NCBI GenBank assembly: GCA_965206595.1
Contig: OZ242214.1
Coordinates: 5,408,001-5,472,000, forward strand
Length of the DNA stretch: 64,000 nucleotides
Reading direction: 5' to 3'
From: Candidatus Latescibacterota bacterium
GTDB taxonomy: Bacteria > Latescibacterota > UBA2968 > UBA8231
The notes under the pieces were generated by a model. It had not been told where the DNA came from, made no database searches, and saw nothing but the letters and a program-made list of their open reading frames with translations. Positions 32,446-44,703 of the stretch are shown piece after piece. The position numbers and the translations under genes are program-made. Within the stretch, counting starts at the first letter, position 1; the number at the start of each line of letters is the position of its first letter.

Positions 32446-33966
32446 TTACTCGGAACGAAGGGCATTCGCCGGATTGGCTTGCGCTGCTCTGAGCGTGTGA
32501 TACGAGGCGGTGAGCCAGGCGGTCGCAAGCGCCACAAGACCACCGGCAACTAACAGCCCCACTCCCGGTTCAATGCGATAGGCAAAATCCTGCAGCCAGT
32601 GGTCGGCGGCGAAGAAGACGACAGGCCAGGCGATCAGGTTGGCCAGCAGGATCAAGCGCGTGAACTCCTTCGACAGCAGAACGACCACGGACAGGCTGGT
32701 CGCACCCAACACCTTGCGGATGCCTATCTCCTTGGTGCGCTGCTGCACAGTGAAAGCCGTCAGACCGAAGAGGCCCAGGCAGGCGAGGAACACGGCGAGC
32801 CCGGAGAAGACGGCGAAGATGCGGCCCATGCGTTCCTCCGAGTCATACAGGGCGTCGAGCCGCTCGTCGACAAAGTGATAGTCGAAAGGGAAGGGGTCGT
32901 TGTGTGATCGCAGGGTTTGGCGGATGAATTCAATCCCCTCCCGTGGATCCCCCGGGGCCAGGCGCAGTACCGAATAGGTAAGGCTGCTGCGGTTCACTGC
33001 GTTTTCCGGCATGGCGATCAACAGCGGCTCGATCGGTTGGTGCAGGGAACCGAAGTGGAAGTCGGCGACGACGCCGACGACCGTCGCCGCATCGGTATCA
33101 CCATGGCTTCCCAGTTGGATACCGACTGCGGACTCCTGACCGAGCAGGCGCGCCATCGTTTCGTTGACCAGGAAAGCGTGCCGAGGATCGTCGGCGTGCT
33201 CTCTCGAGAACGAACGGCCTTCGAGCACCCGCATGCCCATGGCATCGACGAAGTCGTAGTCCACCCAGAGCATCGTGACTTGCAGCGTCTCCGATACCGG
33301 CCCCGTCGTTTGGACGTCGGACTTGTTTACCACGTAGCCGGGTTCCTGTGAACAGCGTCCAACGGCAGTGACGAGTGGGCTCGCAAGGAGGTCTTGGCGG
33401 ACAGGCTCGAACTGCCGCCGGATGGGGTCGGACCGGGTGGTGAAGACGAGAAGGTGCTCCTTGTCGAAACCGAGGGATTTGGAGCGCAGGAAGTCGAGCT
33501 GTTGGCCGATGACGAGGGTCGCCGCCAGCAAGCCGATGGAAACGGTGAACTGGGTCACTACCAGGATGCTTCGCAGTCCGATCGACCGGCCGGACCGATC
33601 GATCATCCGCTTGAGTGCCTGAACCGGCGTAAAAGCCGACAGCTGAAGGGCGGGATAGAAGCCGGCGCAGAGCCCGGTAACGAGCGCCATTCCAGCCATC
33701 GCCAAAAGAATCTGCGGGTTCTCCGGCAGGTGCAGCGCAAGCTTCATTCCGGTCAGCTCGTTGAACCACGGCGTCACCACCTTCATAAGGATCAGCGCAA
33801 CGCCCAGCGAAACGAAGCTCAGAAGGATCGCCTCCCCGAGGAACTGACGGGTAAGCTGGCCGCGGTGCGCTCCGATCGCTTTGCGCACGCCAACCTCCAG
33901 CGCGCGCCCCGAGGACTGTGCTGTCGCGAGATTGGTAAAATTGATGATCGCCAGAAGCAAAAGGAA
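32446..33966 (-). pseudogene. MacB/FtsX-like ABC permease, 5'-truncated at the IS3 end
   Basis: Homology starts at FLLLLAIINFTNL exactly at the IS end; roughly 280-300 N-terminal residues present in the paralogues are missing. Confidence 0.88.
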
Positions 33967-34023
33967 TGGAGTTGCCCCCGTTTGGTGGACATCCCCGATA
34001 TTTTGACACAAGGAGGATGTCTC

Positions 34024-34338
34024 ATGCCACAGTCTCATCGGTCGTATCCGCCTGAGTTCCGCCAGCAGATAGTCGAGCTGGTGAGAGCCGGGCGGGCCCC
34101 CGAGGAGTTGAGCCGGGAGTTCGAGCCCTCGTCCCAGACGATCCGCAACTGGGTGCGCCAGGCGGATCGGGACGAGGGGCGACGAGCCGACGGAGTCACC
34201 AGCGCCGAGCGGGACGAGTTGCGGCGCCTGCGCCGAGAGAACAAGCGCCTGCGCACGGAGCGGGAGATTCTGTCAAAAGCCGCCACCTGGTTCGCTCGGG
34301 AGGCCGATTCGAGATCGTCGAGGTCTTCGGATTCGTGA
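34024..34338 (+). CDS. IS3 transposase OrfA (HTH plus leucine zipper)
   Basis: MPQSHRSYPPEFRQQIVELVRAGR...TIRNWV...ELRRLRRENKRLRTEREILSKAA; SD AGGAGG. Confidence 0.9.
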   Translation: MPQSHRSYPPEFRQQIVELVRAGRAPEELSREFEPSSQTIRNWVRQADRDEGRRADGVTSAERDELRRLRRENKRLRTEREILSKAATWFAREADSRSSRSSDS

Positions 34339-35190
34339 GCGCTCACCAGGATGAGTATCCCATCGCCACCATGTGCCGCGTCCTGGGCGTCTCCTCCAGC
34401 GGGTACTATGCGTGGCGCCACCGTCAGCCCTCGGCGCGCTCCGTGTCCGATGCCCCGCTGGCGGCCCTCATCGCTCAGATCCACAGGTGGTCGCGAGGCA
34501 CTTACGGGGTGCCGCGTATGGTCCGCGAGTTGAGCGATCGCGGCCACCCCGTCAACCCCAAGCGCGTGGCTCGCCTGATGCGCGAGGCCGGCTTGCAGGG
34601 CGTCAGCCGCCGCAAGTCGACGCGCACCACCCGTCGCGACGGGTGGTGCGCCGGCGGCGCCCGACCTGGTCGACCGCGACTTCGCCGCATCCGGTCCGGA
34701 CGCGTTGTGGGTGGCGGATATCACCTACGTGCCGACGTGGTCTGGATTCCTGTATCTGGCCGTGGTCCTGGACGCCTGGAGCCGGCGCGTGGTGGGGTGG
34801 GCCATGGCTGGTCATCTGCGCACGGAGCTGGTCGTGCAGGCCTTGGACATGGCCCTCGGGCAGCGTCGTCCCGAGGGGGTGATTCATCACTCGGACCAGG
34901 GGGGCCAGTATTCGTCGCTGGCCTTCGGGCGTCGTTGCCGGGAGGCCGGGGTGCGGCCGTCGAGGGGCTCGGTGGGCGACTGCTTCGACAACGCCCTGTG
35001 CGAGAGCTTCTTCGCCACCCTTGAGTGTGAGCTGCTCGACCGTCGCTGCTTCCCGACCCATGCGGTGGCCCGCCGCGAGATTTTCGACTACATCGAGTCT
35101 TGGTACAACCGCCATCGCCGTCACTCGGCCCTCAATTACGAATCGCCGATGAACTTCGAGCGCGCCCATGTCCAGCAGCAGGTTGTCTGA
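34335..35190 (+). pseudogene. IS3 transposase OrfB (DDE integrase core), frameshifted near 34644
   Basis: MCRVLGVSSSGYYAW, YGVPRM and KRVARLMR in one frame; APDLVDRDF, WVADITY, HHSDQGGQY, DNALCESFF and [10 protein letters not shown] in the +1 frame. Confidence 0.88.
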
Positions 35191-35408
35191 TGCGGGACCT
35201 GTGCGCCATGAAGCGGGCCCTCCCGGGCCCTCCCGGGGCCAGCCGGTGCTCTCCCGCCCACCCGGGCTCTCGCACCGGGCCTGGGCGCCCGACCGGTGCC
35301 CCGTGCTCCACCCGGGCCCCTGGGCTGGGGTACTCCCACTCTACAACGGCCCCATTCGGCCCTACCTGCCGAAAGCACTTAACCGTCCACCGTACGGGGG
35401 TAGCTCCA

Positions 35409-35959
35409 ATAACCTCGTCCCCCCGTTTGGAGTTGAGGTTGCCCGTGGGCTCGTCTGCGAGGATCAGCGCCGGCCGGCCGATCAGGGCGCGGGCGACGCC
35501 GACGCGCTGCTGCTCGCCGCCGGAGAGCTGGTGCGGGAACAGGTCCTTCTTGGCCACCATCCGGAAGCGGTCGAGCAGCTCGCTCACCCGCGCCCTGCGC
35601 TCGGACCTCTTCACCTGCTGGTAGAGCAGCGGCATCTCCAGGTTTTCGTACACCGTCTGCTCGTCGATCAGGTGATAGGCCTGAAAGACGAAGCCGATGT
35701 GCCGCCGGTGCACCTCGGTGCGCTCCTTCTCGCTCAGCCCGGCCACCTGTTTGCCGAGAAACCGGTACTCGCCGGCAGTCGGCTCGTCGAGCATGCCCAT
35801 GATGTGCAGCAGCGTCGACTTGCCGGCGCCGCTCGGCCCCATGATCGACAGGAATTCCCCCTTATCGACATCGAGGTTCACGTGGCGCAGCACGTAGGTC
35901 TTGAGGGAGCCGGACCGGTGGTACTTCTCGATGTCGCGCATCTCGATCACGGCGTTCAC
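35409..35959 (-). pseudogene. ABC ATP-binding protein (LolD/MacB type), 3'-truncated by IS3
   Basis: [18 protein letters not shown] and [10 protein letters not shown] are present; homology stops at RGDEVI at the IS end and the H-loop is missing. Confidence 0.9.
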
Positions 35960-35969
35960 CTCGTCGCGG

Positions 35970-38402
35970 TTACTGCGTGTGCAGGGTCTCTACGGGGTTG
36001 GTCAGGGCAGCTCGCATCGCCTGGTGGCCCACCGTCAGCCCGGCGATGACGAAAGACAGAGCGCCCGACACCAGGAACAGGCCCACGCCGATTTCCACGC
36101 GATAGGCGAACTCCTGCAGCCAGTGGTCGGCCAACCCGTAAGCGATTGGCACACTGAGGAGGAAGGCGATGGCAACGGGTTTGGCGAAGTCGCCCATCAG
36201 CATGGCAGTGATGCCGCCTGGTGAGCCACCGAACACCTTGCGGATGCCGATTTCTTTGGTGCGCGCTTGAGCGGCGTGGGCTGCCAGTCCGAAGAGCCCT
36301 ACCGAGGCTACGGCGATGGCCGAAAAAAGAAGGAGGGTGAGTGTGCGTCCCACCTTCTGTTCGTCGGAGTGGAGTTTGGCGACGACCTCTTCCAGGGAAT
36401 GGCGCTGGATGGGGAGGTAGGGAGCGGCGGCGGACCACTTGTCGTCAATCACTTTGAGGGCTTCTTCGAGGTGACCGGATTGCACCCGCACGATAATGAC
36501 TCCCACCCTTTCATCGAGTTGTGCTATGACCAGGGGTTCAACCTTGTAGCGCGGACCCTGGAAGTGGAAATCCTCGATCACCCCCACGACGCGCCTCTCC
36601 AGGCCGTGGACATGGCCATCGGGGCCGGGAAGGAAGCCGCCGGGACGGAGGAAGCCGCCGGGGATCGTCTTTCCCAGGGGTTCTTCCAATTCCAGCCAGC
36701 GCACGGCGGTCTCATTTATCACGACCGCTCTGGCGTCGGCCGGTTCGTCGGTCAGGGGGCGTCCCTGGACCATTCGCAATCCCATGATTTCAACGAAGTC
36801 GCCATCTGCTTGATACTCGCTTGTCGATTTTTCCCCCTCCTCTCTGCTGTAGGTGATGTACCTCCATCCCGAACCCTGACCAGGGACTGCCACAGAGAGA
36901 CTCACCGCGGCGATACGGCTGTCTTGAAGCAACTCAGCTTTGAGAGTTCGAGCCTGGTCTGCGGTAAGGCCGCCGTTCCGGCCGTTGTAGACGATGACAA
37001 CCTGTTCCGGCTCCAACCCCAGGACGGAGTTTTCCCGAAGCATGTTCTGGATGAAACTGATCTGGTGCCATATCAGCAGGGTCATCGTCATCAACGCCGC
37101 AGTAACGGTGAACTGCGCCACTACCAGACCCCGGCGCAGGCGCGCCCCGCCGATGCGCCCCCCGCGCTCCAGGACCGCCGGCTGAAAGCGTGCCACGACC
37201 CATGCCGGGTAGGCGCCCGCGGCCAGTCCGACCGCTACCGCCAGAAGCGCAGCCCCGGCGCAGGTCGAAATTGTCCACCGGGGTGACCATTCAAAATCGA
37301 TTCCTCCAATCGCAGGCAGGAACGGAGTCACTATTTCTGCCATGGCAACGCCAAGCAACGTGGCTCCGACGCTCAGCAGTACCGACTCGCCCAGGAGTTG
37401 GCGAATAAGCTGGCCGCGATGGGCGCCGAGGGCCTTGCGCACGCCTATTTCGTGCATCCGTCCCTGCGCACGCGCCGTCGCCAGGTTCACGTAGTTGAAC
37501 CCGGCGATCGTCAGGAGCACCATTGCCAGGGTGGCGAACAGAGCGAGGTGCATGGGGTTGCCACTCGGGCCGATGCCGTTGGGAAATTCCGTGTCGAAGT
37601 AGATCGATTTCAAAGGTTGCAGCGCGTAGGAATCGGTAGCTTCGGGCAACCCCCTAGCTTCCTGAACGATATCTGAAATCCGCTCGGCTACCGTAGCGGC
37701 ATCTGCATTGGGATTCAGCTGCACGAAGGTCTCGTAGGCATGAGTCTTCCAGCCCAAATCCTCTTCCCTTTGCGTGTGCTGCACAGTGGCCAAGGAGAGT
37801 AGGGCCGAGAACTGCAGCAATGAGTTGGAGGGCAGTTGGCCGACGACGCCGGTAACCGTGCAATCGATGGCTTCGTTGTAGCGGACGACCTGGCCAATGG
37901 GATCGCTCTCTCCAAAGAGCCGACGGGCCAATGGTTCGGTCAGCACCATGGTGTAGGGGCGCGACAAAGCGGTCTTGGGGTCGCCACGCAGGAGAGACAA
38001 GCTGAACATTTCGAAAACACTGGATTCCGTCCGACGAATCCCGCTCACACGAATCCCATTCTTGTCTCCGGCTCTGAGAAGAGGCGGCGCCTCCCCGGCG
38101 ATGCGGACTGTTTCCTCGACTTCGGGCATTCGCTCCTTCAGGGTCGGCCCAAGAGGTAGCGGCAGAGTTGGCGAGCGCAATCCCAAATCAGCCGGCCAAT
38201 CGCGCGGGTCCTGTTTCTCGATGACGCGGAAAACCCTGTTCTTTTCCTCGTGGAAGTCGCCGACGGAGAGCTGGTAGGCGGCCAACTGGATGACCAGCAG
38301 GCAGAGGGCCAGGCCGACGGCCAGTCCGAAGAGGTTGATCGCCGCGTATCCGCGCTCTCGCCACAGGTGGCGCAATGCCGTGATCAGGTAGTTGCCCAGC
38401 AT
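35970..38402 (-). CDS. MacB/FtsX-like ABC transporter permease (810 aa)
   Basis: [42 protein letters not shown] and NPVETL. Confidence 0.92.
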   Translation of the reverse strand: MLGNYLITALRHLWRERGYAAINLFGLAVGLALCLLVIQLAAYQLSVGDFHEEKNRVFRVIEKQDPRDWPADLGLRSPTLPLPLGPTLKERMPEVEETVRIAGEAPPLLRAGDKNGIRVSGIRRTESSVFEMFSLSLLRGDPKTALSRPYTMVLTEPLARRLFGESDPIGQVVRYNEAIDCTVTGVVGQLPSNSLLQFSALLSLATVQHTQREEDLGWKTHAYETFVQLNPNADAATVAERISDIVQEARGLPEATDSYALQPLKSIYFDTEFPNGIGPSGNPMHLALFATLAMVLLTIAGFNYVNLATARAQGRMHEIGVRKALGAHRGQLIRQLLGESVLLSVGATLLGVAMAEIVTPFLPAIGGIDFEWSPRWTISTCAGAALLAVAVGLAAGAYPAWVVARFQPAVLERGGRIGGARLRRGLVVAQFTVTAALMTMTLLIWHQISFIQNMLRENSVLGLEPEQVVIVYNGRNGGLTADQARTLKAELLQDSRIAAVSLSVAVPGQGSGWRYITYSREEGEKSTSEYQADGDFVEIMGLRMVQGRPLTDEPADARAVVINETAVRWLELEEPLGKTIPGGFLRPGGFLPGPDGHVHGLERRVVGVIEDFHFQGPRYKVEPLVIAQLDERVGVIIVRVQSGHLEEALKVIDDKWSAAAPYLPIQRHSLEEVVAKLHSDEQKVGRTLTLLLFSAIAVASVGLFGLAAHAAQARTKEIGIRKVFGGSPGGITAMLMGDFAKPVAIAFLLSVPIAYGLADHWLQEFAYRVEIGVGLFLVSGALSFVIAGLTVGHQAMRAALTNPVETLHTQ

Positions 38403-38538
38403 GAGGGCTCCTTTCGTCGCGGTCCCTTCATCCTGCGTCGGGGCTTGGGCTTTGCGCGGCGGTTCCCTTCCGGAAGGGGGCCCTGTCCAGGTTTCCGTTC
38501 CAGCACCTTCGAGAAATACCCGGCCACGAGCCTGACCA

Positions 38539-40992
38539 CTACTCGTATCTCAGCGCATCCGCCGGGTTGGTCCGCGCCGCCAGCCAGGTCTGTCCGCTGA
38601 CTGTGGCCAGGGCGACGGCGAGGACGCCGGCGCCGGCCAGCGCGAACCATTCCGGGCTTTGGTCGATGCGGTAGGCGTAGAAGGCGAGCCAGCGGTCGAG
38701 GACGAAAAAGGCGACGGGCCAGGCGATGGCGTTGGCGGCCACCACGAGCCACCCGAACTCGTGCGACATCAGCAGCAGGACGCTGCCGGTGGTAGCCCCG
38801 AGGACCTTGCGGATGCCGATTTCCCGGGTGCGCCGGGCCGCGGCGAGGGCGGCCAAGCCGACGAGCCCCATGCAGGAGATGACGAGGGCGATCGCGCTCA
38901 TCCACCCCATGACAAGACCGACGCGCCGCTCGGTTTCGTATTTCGCTGCGAAGGCGTCGTCGAGGAAGCGCACTTCCCGTAATTCGTGCTCCGGCAACAC
39001 CCGCTTCCACAACGTCCTCACCTCCTCGACCGCAGCAGGAATGTCGCGGTGGTCGAGGCGGAACAGGGTGGTGAGGAAACTGTCTTTTCCATGCCACCAT
39101 GGCACGGTCGTCGTCAGGAAGGCCGGCCCCACGGTATGGCGCATGTCCTCGTAGTGAAAATCTTCGACAATACCGATCACCTGCACATCGCCGAGCTCAC
39201 CATCTCCCAGCATTATTTTTTGGTCCAAAAAAAACGGGGGAACGGTCAGGGTGCGGCCGATCAGGTCTTCTGGTCCCAATAGGCGGGCGGCGGTCTCGTT
39301 GACCAGGATACCGCGAGGCTGACCAGGATCTTCGCTCGGCCCGAAACCTCGACCGGAGAGGATCTCGATTCCCATTACGCGCAGGAAGTCCGGACTTACA
39401 TGAAATGGTGTGGCATGGAACGTGTCGTTTCCGAGCTGAATTGCTTGGGGGCCTATTCCTTTGGCAACGAGTGCCGGCGAGACGCCCGCGACTCCCTCGA
39501 CCAGTCCCGGCCGGGAATCGATCTCGCTGGCGAGACGTTCGATCTGCAATGTGCTGGGAACTCCTTTGAAGTAAGCCGTCACTATCTGGTCGCCGTCGAA
39601 CCCAAGATCCTTGGTGCGCATGAAGTCGAGCTGCCGCTCCATGGTGATGGTCACGACGACGAGGAAGGTCGACAAACCGAACTGCAGGAGGATCAAACCG
39701 CGGCCAAGGTGTCCGCGGCCGAGTTGTGGGGCTTTTCTGGAAAGGGCCCGGACCGGGTGGAGCCGGGCGATGACCTGGGCCGGATACAGGCCCGAGAGAA
39801 CGCCGACCAACAAGGCCAGGGTCAGGGCGCCTATGCCGGTTTCGACCGACAACCACTCGAGATCGAGCTGTCGATGCACGACCTCGTTGAACGCCGGCAG
39901 CAGTAATTCGGCTAGGGCCATGCCCCCGGCGACGGCGATCAGGCTGACGACGATGGCCTCGGCGAGGAACTGAATGGAGAGCTGGGGGCGGGTGGCGCCG
40001 ATCGCCTTGCGGAGTCCGACCTCGAGGGTGCGCGTCATGGCGCGGCCCAGGGCGAGATTGACGAAGTTGATGGCGGCGATCAGCAGTACGACCGCGGCCA
40101 GCCCCACCAGCAGGTAGCAGTGCTCGATCTTGCCTTCCCCGATGCGGACGGGGTCCCATAATATCGGGGGTCCGAAATAAGCCCCCTGTAGGTCCATCAG
40201 CTCGAGTTCGGGCTTAGAAAATTGTGTGGAAGCAAGGGGCGCGAGCCGCGCTTCCATCTCGGCCGGGTCCACGCCTTCTTCGAGTTCGATAAAGAGCCCG
40301 GGTATTCCATGCAATCCCAGCTCTTCGGTCGTTACAATGGGCACCAGTACATCCAAGCGATGCAGTATGGTAGGCCCCGACAGGGGGGCCAGTACCCCCG
40401 AAATGGTGAGGTCCAGGTCGATAGGGGGAGGGGACGTTGGAAAGCCCCCGCGGACGACGTGCAGCCGGATGTGCTCCCCAAGCATGGCGTGGGCGGGAGC
40501 ATCGGGACCGAAGTACTTCTGCGCCGTCTCCTGGCCGAGGACGACACTACGGGGATCGTCGAGAGCGGTAGCCGAGTCACCGGCGGCCAGCGGGAGGGTG
40601 AAGAGGGTGAGGAAGGCCGGATCTACAGCGAGAAAGGACTCCTCGAAGGATATCTCGCCGTACGAAACCGTTCCCTCTCCCGTCTTCAGGTAGACCGATT
40701 CGCGAATACCAGCGACCGTAGTGCGCACCGCCTCGCGAAACTTAGGAGTTACCTGGGCGAGGCTGATTGCGAAGCGGCCAAAATCAGCCGCACGGTCCGG
40801 ATCTTCTAAATGGATGTAGAAGATCCGGTCCCCCTTTTCGTGCCATGAGTCGTAGGAGGTCTCGTGCCGCACGAACAGCAGACACAGCACCACCACCGCC
40901 AGGGCCGCGGACAGTCCCACCACATTTATCAGCGAGATCGTCCTGTTGCGTCCCAGCACGCGCAGGGCAATGATCAGGTTGCTCTTCCACAT
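38539..40992 (-). CDS. MacB/FtsX-like ABC transporter permease (817 aa)
   Basis: MWKSNLIIALRVL, INFVNL, EVGLRKAIGA, RTREIGIRKVLGA and NPADALRYE. Confidence 0.92.
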   Translation of the reverse strand: MWKSNLIIALRVLGRNRTISLINVVGLSAALAVVVLCLLFVRHETSYDSWHEKGDRIFYIHLEDPDRAADFGRFAISLAQVTPKFREAVRTTVAGIRESVYLKTGEGTVSYGEISFEESFLAVDPAFLTLFTLPLAAGDSATALDDPRSVVLGQETAQKYFGPDAPAHAMLGEHIRLHVVRGGFPTSPPPIDLDLTISGVLAPLSGPTILHRLDVLVPIVTTEELGLHGIPGLFIELEEGVDPAEMEARLAPLASTQFSKPELELMDLQGAYFGPPILWDPVRIGEGKIEHCYLLVGLAAVVLLIAAINFVNLALGRAMTRTLEVGLRKAIGATRPQLSIQFLAEAIVVSLIAVAGGMALAELLLPAFNEVVHRQLDLEWLSVETGIGALTLALLVGVLSGLYPAQVIARLHPVRALSRKAPQLGRGHLGRGLILLQFGLSTFLVVVTITMERQLDFMRTKDLGFDGDQIVTAYFKGVPSTLQIERLASEIDSRPGLVEGVAGVSPALVAKGIGPQAIQLGNDTFHATPFHVSPDFLRVMGIEILSGRGFGPSEDPGQPRGILVNETAARLLGPEDLIGRTLTVPPFFLDQKIMLGDGELGDVQVIGIVEDFHYEDMRHTVGPAFLTTTVPWWHGKDSFLTTLFRLDHRDIPAAVEEVRTLWKRVLPEHELREVRFLDDAFAAKYETERRVGLVMGWMSAIALVISCMGLVGLAALAAARRTREIGIRKVLGATTGSVLLLMSHEFGWLVVAANAIAWPVAFFVLDRWLAFYAYRIDQSPEWFALAGAGVLAVALATVSGQTWLAARTNPADALRYE

Positions 40993-41027
40993 GGTCTCGT
41001 TCCTTGCAGTTCTCCCGGTAGCCCCCT

Positions 41028-41753
41028 TCAGCGCTCCCTGGCGATGTTCTCGGTCACGACCCTGCCGTCGAACAGGTGGATGACCCGGTGGGCGAAGTCG
41101 GCGTAGGCCGGCGAGTGCGTCACCATCACCACCGTGGTGCCGCTCCGGTTCATCTCGGTCAGCATCTCCATGACCTCGTCCCCGTGGCGCGAGTCGAGGT
41201 TGCCCGTCGGCTCGTCGGCGAGCACCAGCTTCGGCTCGGAGACCAGGGCCCTCGCCACCGCCACGCGCTGCTGCTGGCCGCCGGACAACTGCTGCGGAAA
41301 GTGCTTGCCGCGGTGGGTGATCTGCATCTGGTCGAGGATGGACGTCACCCGTTCCCTGCGCTCCCGGCCCGGCAGGCCCATGTAGAGCAGGGGCAGCTCG
41401 ACGTTCTCGTGGACGGTCAGCTCGTTGATCAGGTTGTAGGACTGGAAGACGAAGCCGATCGTCCCCTTGCGCAGGTTCGCCCGCAGGCGCTCGGAGTAGG
41501 TGGATACTTCTTCCTCCAGCAGCCAGTATTCCCCCCCGGTCGGGTTGTCGAGCAGGCCGAGCAGGTTGAGCAGCGTCGACTTGCCGCAGCCGGACGGCCC
41601 CATGATGGCGGCGAACTCCCCGTCGGCGATCTCGAGGTTGACGTTGTCGAGGGCGGTCGTCTCCACCTCCTCGGTGGTGTAGACCTTGCGCAGCCCCACG
41701 GTGCGGATCAGCGCCGTATTGCCGTTTCCGGTGTGCGCCGCGTTCTCGGTCAT
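41028..41753 (-). CDS. ABC transporter ATP-binding protein (LolD/MacB type)
   Basis: [28 protein letters not shown] and MVTH. Confidence 0.96.
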   Translation of the reverse strand: MTENAAHTGNGNTALIRTVGLRKVYTTEEVETTALDNVNLEIADGEFAAIMGPSGCGKSTLLNLLGLLDNPTGGEYWLLEEEVSTYSERLRANLRKGTIGFVFQSYNLINELTVHENVELPLLYMGLPGRERRERVTSILDQMQITHRGKHFPQQLSGGQQQRVAVARALVSEPKLVLADEPTGNLDSRHGDEVMEMLTEMNRSGTTVVMVTHSPAYADFAHRVIHLFDGRVVTENIARER

Positions 41754-41779
41754 CTTTCCTCTCCTTGTTCAGGGTGTGC

Positions 41780-43132
41780 TCACCGCAACACCAGCACGTC
41801 CATGTTTTGGCCGAAGCTCTCGTAGCTCGAGGTGATCACCTGCTCCCCCGGTTCGAGTCCCTCCAGCACCTCGTAGACTCGGGGGTTCTGGCGCCCGAGG
41901 GAGATGGGGTGCCTCGTCGCCTGATCGCCGGAGGCGTCGAGCACGTAGGCCCAGTGACCCCCGGTCGACTGGTAGAATCCGCCGCGCGCCACCTGCACTG
42001 CCTCCTCGAGGTTGCCCAGCTCCAGGCGGATGTGCAGGCTCTGGCCGCGCCGGATGCCCTCGGGCGCTTCCCCCTCGAAGACCAGATCCACCTCGAAACG
42101 GCCCTCCCTGACCTCCGGGTATACCTTGCGGATCACCAGGCCGTACGGCTCGCCGCCGCTGTCGAAGCTGCCCCGCTGACCCCGGCCGACGCGGCCGATG
42201 TAATGCTCGTCTATGGCGGCGCGCACCTTGAAGCCGCCGGTCATGTCGATCTGTCCCAGGCGCACCCCGGCCCCCTTGCTCTCTCCAACCTCCGCCTTGA
42301 GCGTGGTCAACTGCCCGGCCACCGGGGCTCGCACCGTCAGGTTGTCCAGCCGCCGCCGGACGATTTCGAGGTTGCGCCCGGTGCGCTCCACCGCCGAGAC
42401 CAGCTGCGCCACCTTGCTCGCCGCCAGCAACGAGTCCTGGGTCAGGGTCTCCCGGGTCAGGGCCATGCGGCGGGCGCTGTACTCGTACTCGTCGCGCAGC
42501 CGCTCGTACTCCTGGCGCGACATGATGGCGGCCAGGTCCTCCGCGGGCAGGTCTTGGTAGCGCTCGAAGTTGCGCTTGTCCACCGCGAGCCGGTACTCGA
42601 TCTCCATCAGCCCCTTCCGCGAGGCCAGCAGGTTCTGCTCCATGGTCAGCCGGCCGTTGAGCAGCGCCTCCCTGCTGCGCTCCAGCCCGGCCTCCTGCTG
42701 CAGGATGGTCAGCTCGAGGTCGGGATTGGCGAGGCGCAGCAGCGGGTCGCCCTCCGCCACCAGGGCCCCTTCTTCGGCGAACACCTGCACCACCTGGCCG
42801 CTCTCCAGGGCATCGAGGTACACGGTGTTCAGCGGCAGCACGGTACCGCGCACCGGGATGTACTCCAAGAACGGGGCGAGCTCGACCGCCGACAGGGTCA
42901 GCCTTTCGCGCTGGACGTTCAGCCTGCGCACCCCGAAATCGGCGAGCAGGGCGTATGCACACAGCCCTGCCAGCAGCAGAACAGCAGCGCCCAGGGCGAT
43001 GCGCCGCGGCGTGAAGCGCCGCTTCTCGATTCTGCGGTCCATGCCGAGGCCGCCGCCGGGACGGGTGATGCCGGGCTCGGATTCGAAGGGCTCGGCGCGC
43101 TCTTTGGGGAAGATCCGGATATTCGCAGGCAT
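41780..43132 (-). CDS. Efflux periplasmic adaptor subunit (HlyD/MacA-like)
   Basis: N-terminal TM, lipoyl/barrel-sandwich halves, coiled coil and VLEGLEPGEQVITS. Alternative start MDRRIE at 43042. Confidence 0.9.
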   Translation of the reverse strand: MPANIRIFPKERAEPFESEPGITRPGGGLGMDRRIEKRRFTPRRIALGAAVLLLAGLCAYALLADFGVRRLNVQRERLTLSAVELAPFLEYIPVRGTVLPLNTVYLDALESGQVVQVFAEEGALVAEGDPLLRLANPDLELTILQQEAGLERSREALLNGRLTMEQNLLASRKGLMEIEYRLAVDKRNFERYQDLPAEDLAAIMSRQEYERLRDEYEYSARRMALTRETLTQDSLLAASKVAQLVSAVERTGRNLEIVRRRLDNLTVRAPVAGQLTTLKAEVGESKGAGVRLGQIDMTGGFKVRAAIDEHYIGRVGRGQRGSFDSGGEPYGLVIRKVYPEVREGRFEVDLVFEGEAPEGIRRGQSLHIRLELGNLEEAVQVARGGFYQSTGGHWAYVLDASGDQATRHPISLGRQNPRVYEVLEGLEPGEQVITSSYESFGQNMDVLVLR

Positions 43133-43176
43133 GATATTTTCAGCTTTATCTTGACGCAGTCCTTAATGCCGCCAAA

Positions 43177-43191
43177 GCAAGATGCGTGCTA
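43177..43191 (-). promoter_or_regulatory. Sigma54 -24/-12 promoter of the adaptor/permease operon (GG replaced by AG)
   Basis: Minus strand TAGCACGCATCTTGC vs consensus TGGCACG-N4-TTGC; next to the gene of a sigma54 activator. Confidence 0.6.
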
Positions 43192-43258
43192 TGTCACCTA
43201 ACTCTTTGGAAAACAACGGGATGAAAAAAACAGCCCTGGTGACGGGCGGGCCGCGGCC

Positions 43259-43297
43259 GTCCGCTGGCGATACACCGGGTGTCCGCTGGCGTACACC
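43259..43297. promoter_or_regulatory. Tandem upstream activator sites (candidate enhancer)
   Basis: GTCCGCTGGCGATACACC and GTCCGCTGGCG-TACACC repeated at 22-bp spacing; the second copy is the imperfect palindrome GTGTCCG-ctgg-CGTACAC. Confidence 0.6.
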
Positions 43298-43327
43298 TGG
43301 AACCCTCAAACCGGGACCCCTCTTCCA

Positions 43328-44692
<1,365 letters not shown>

Positions 44693-44703
<11 letters not shown>

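Larger units (their letters stand above)
33967..35408 (+). mobile_element. IS3-family insertion sequence, 1442 bp
   Basis: TG...CA ends. IRL TGGAGTTGCCCCCGTTTGGTGGAC vs IRR (reverse complement) TGGAGCTACCCCCGTACGGTGGAC, 20/24 match. orfA plus orfB; no target-site duplication. Confidence 0.95.

Noticed and set aside
26358-43132. Diversity-generating retroelement acting on the permeases
   Set aside because: No reverse transcriptase and no template/variable repeat pair is visible in the window.
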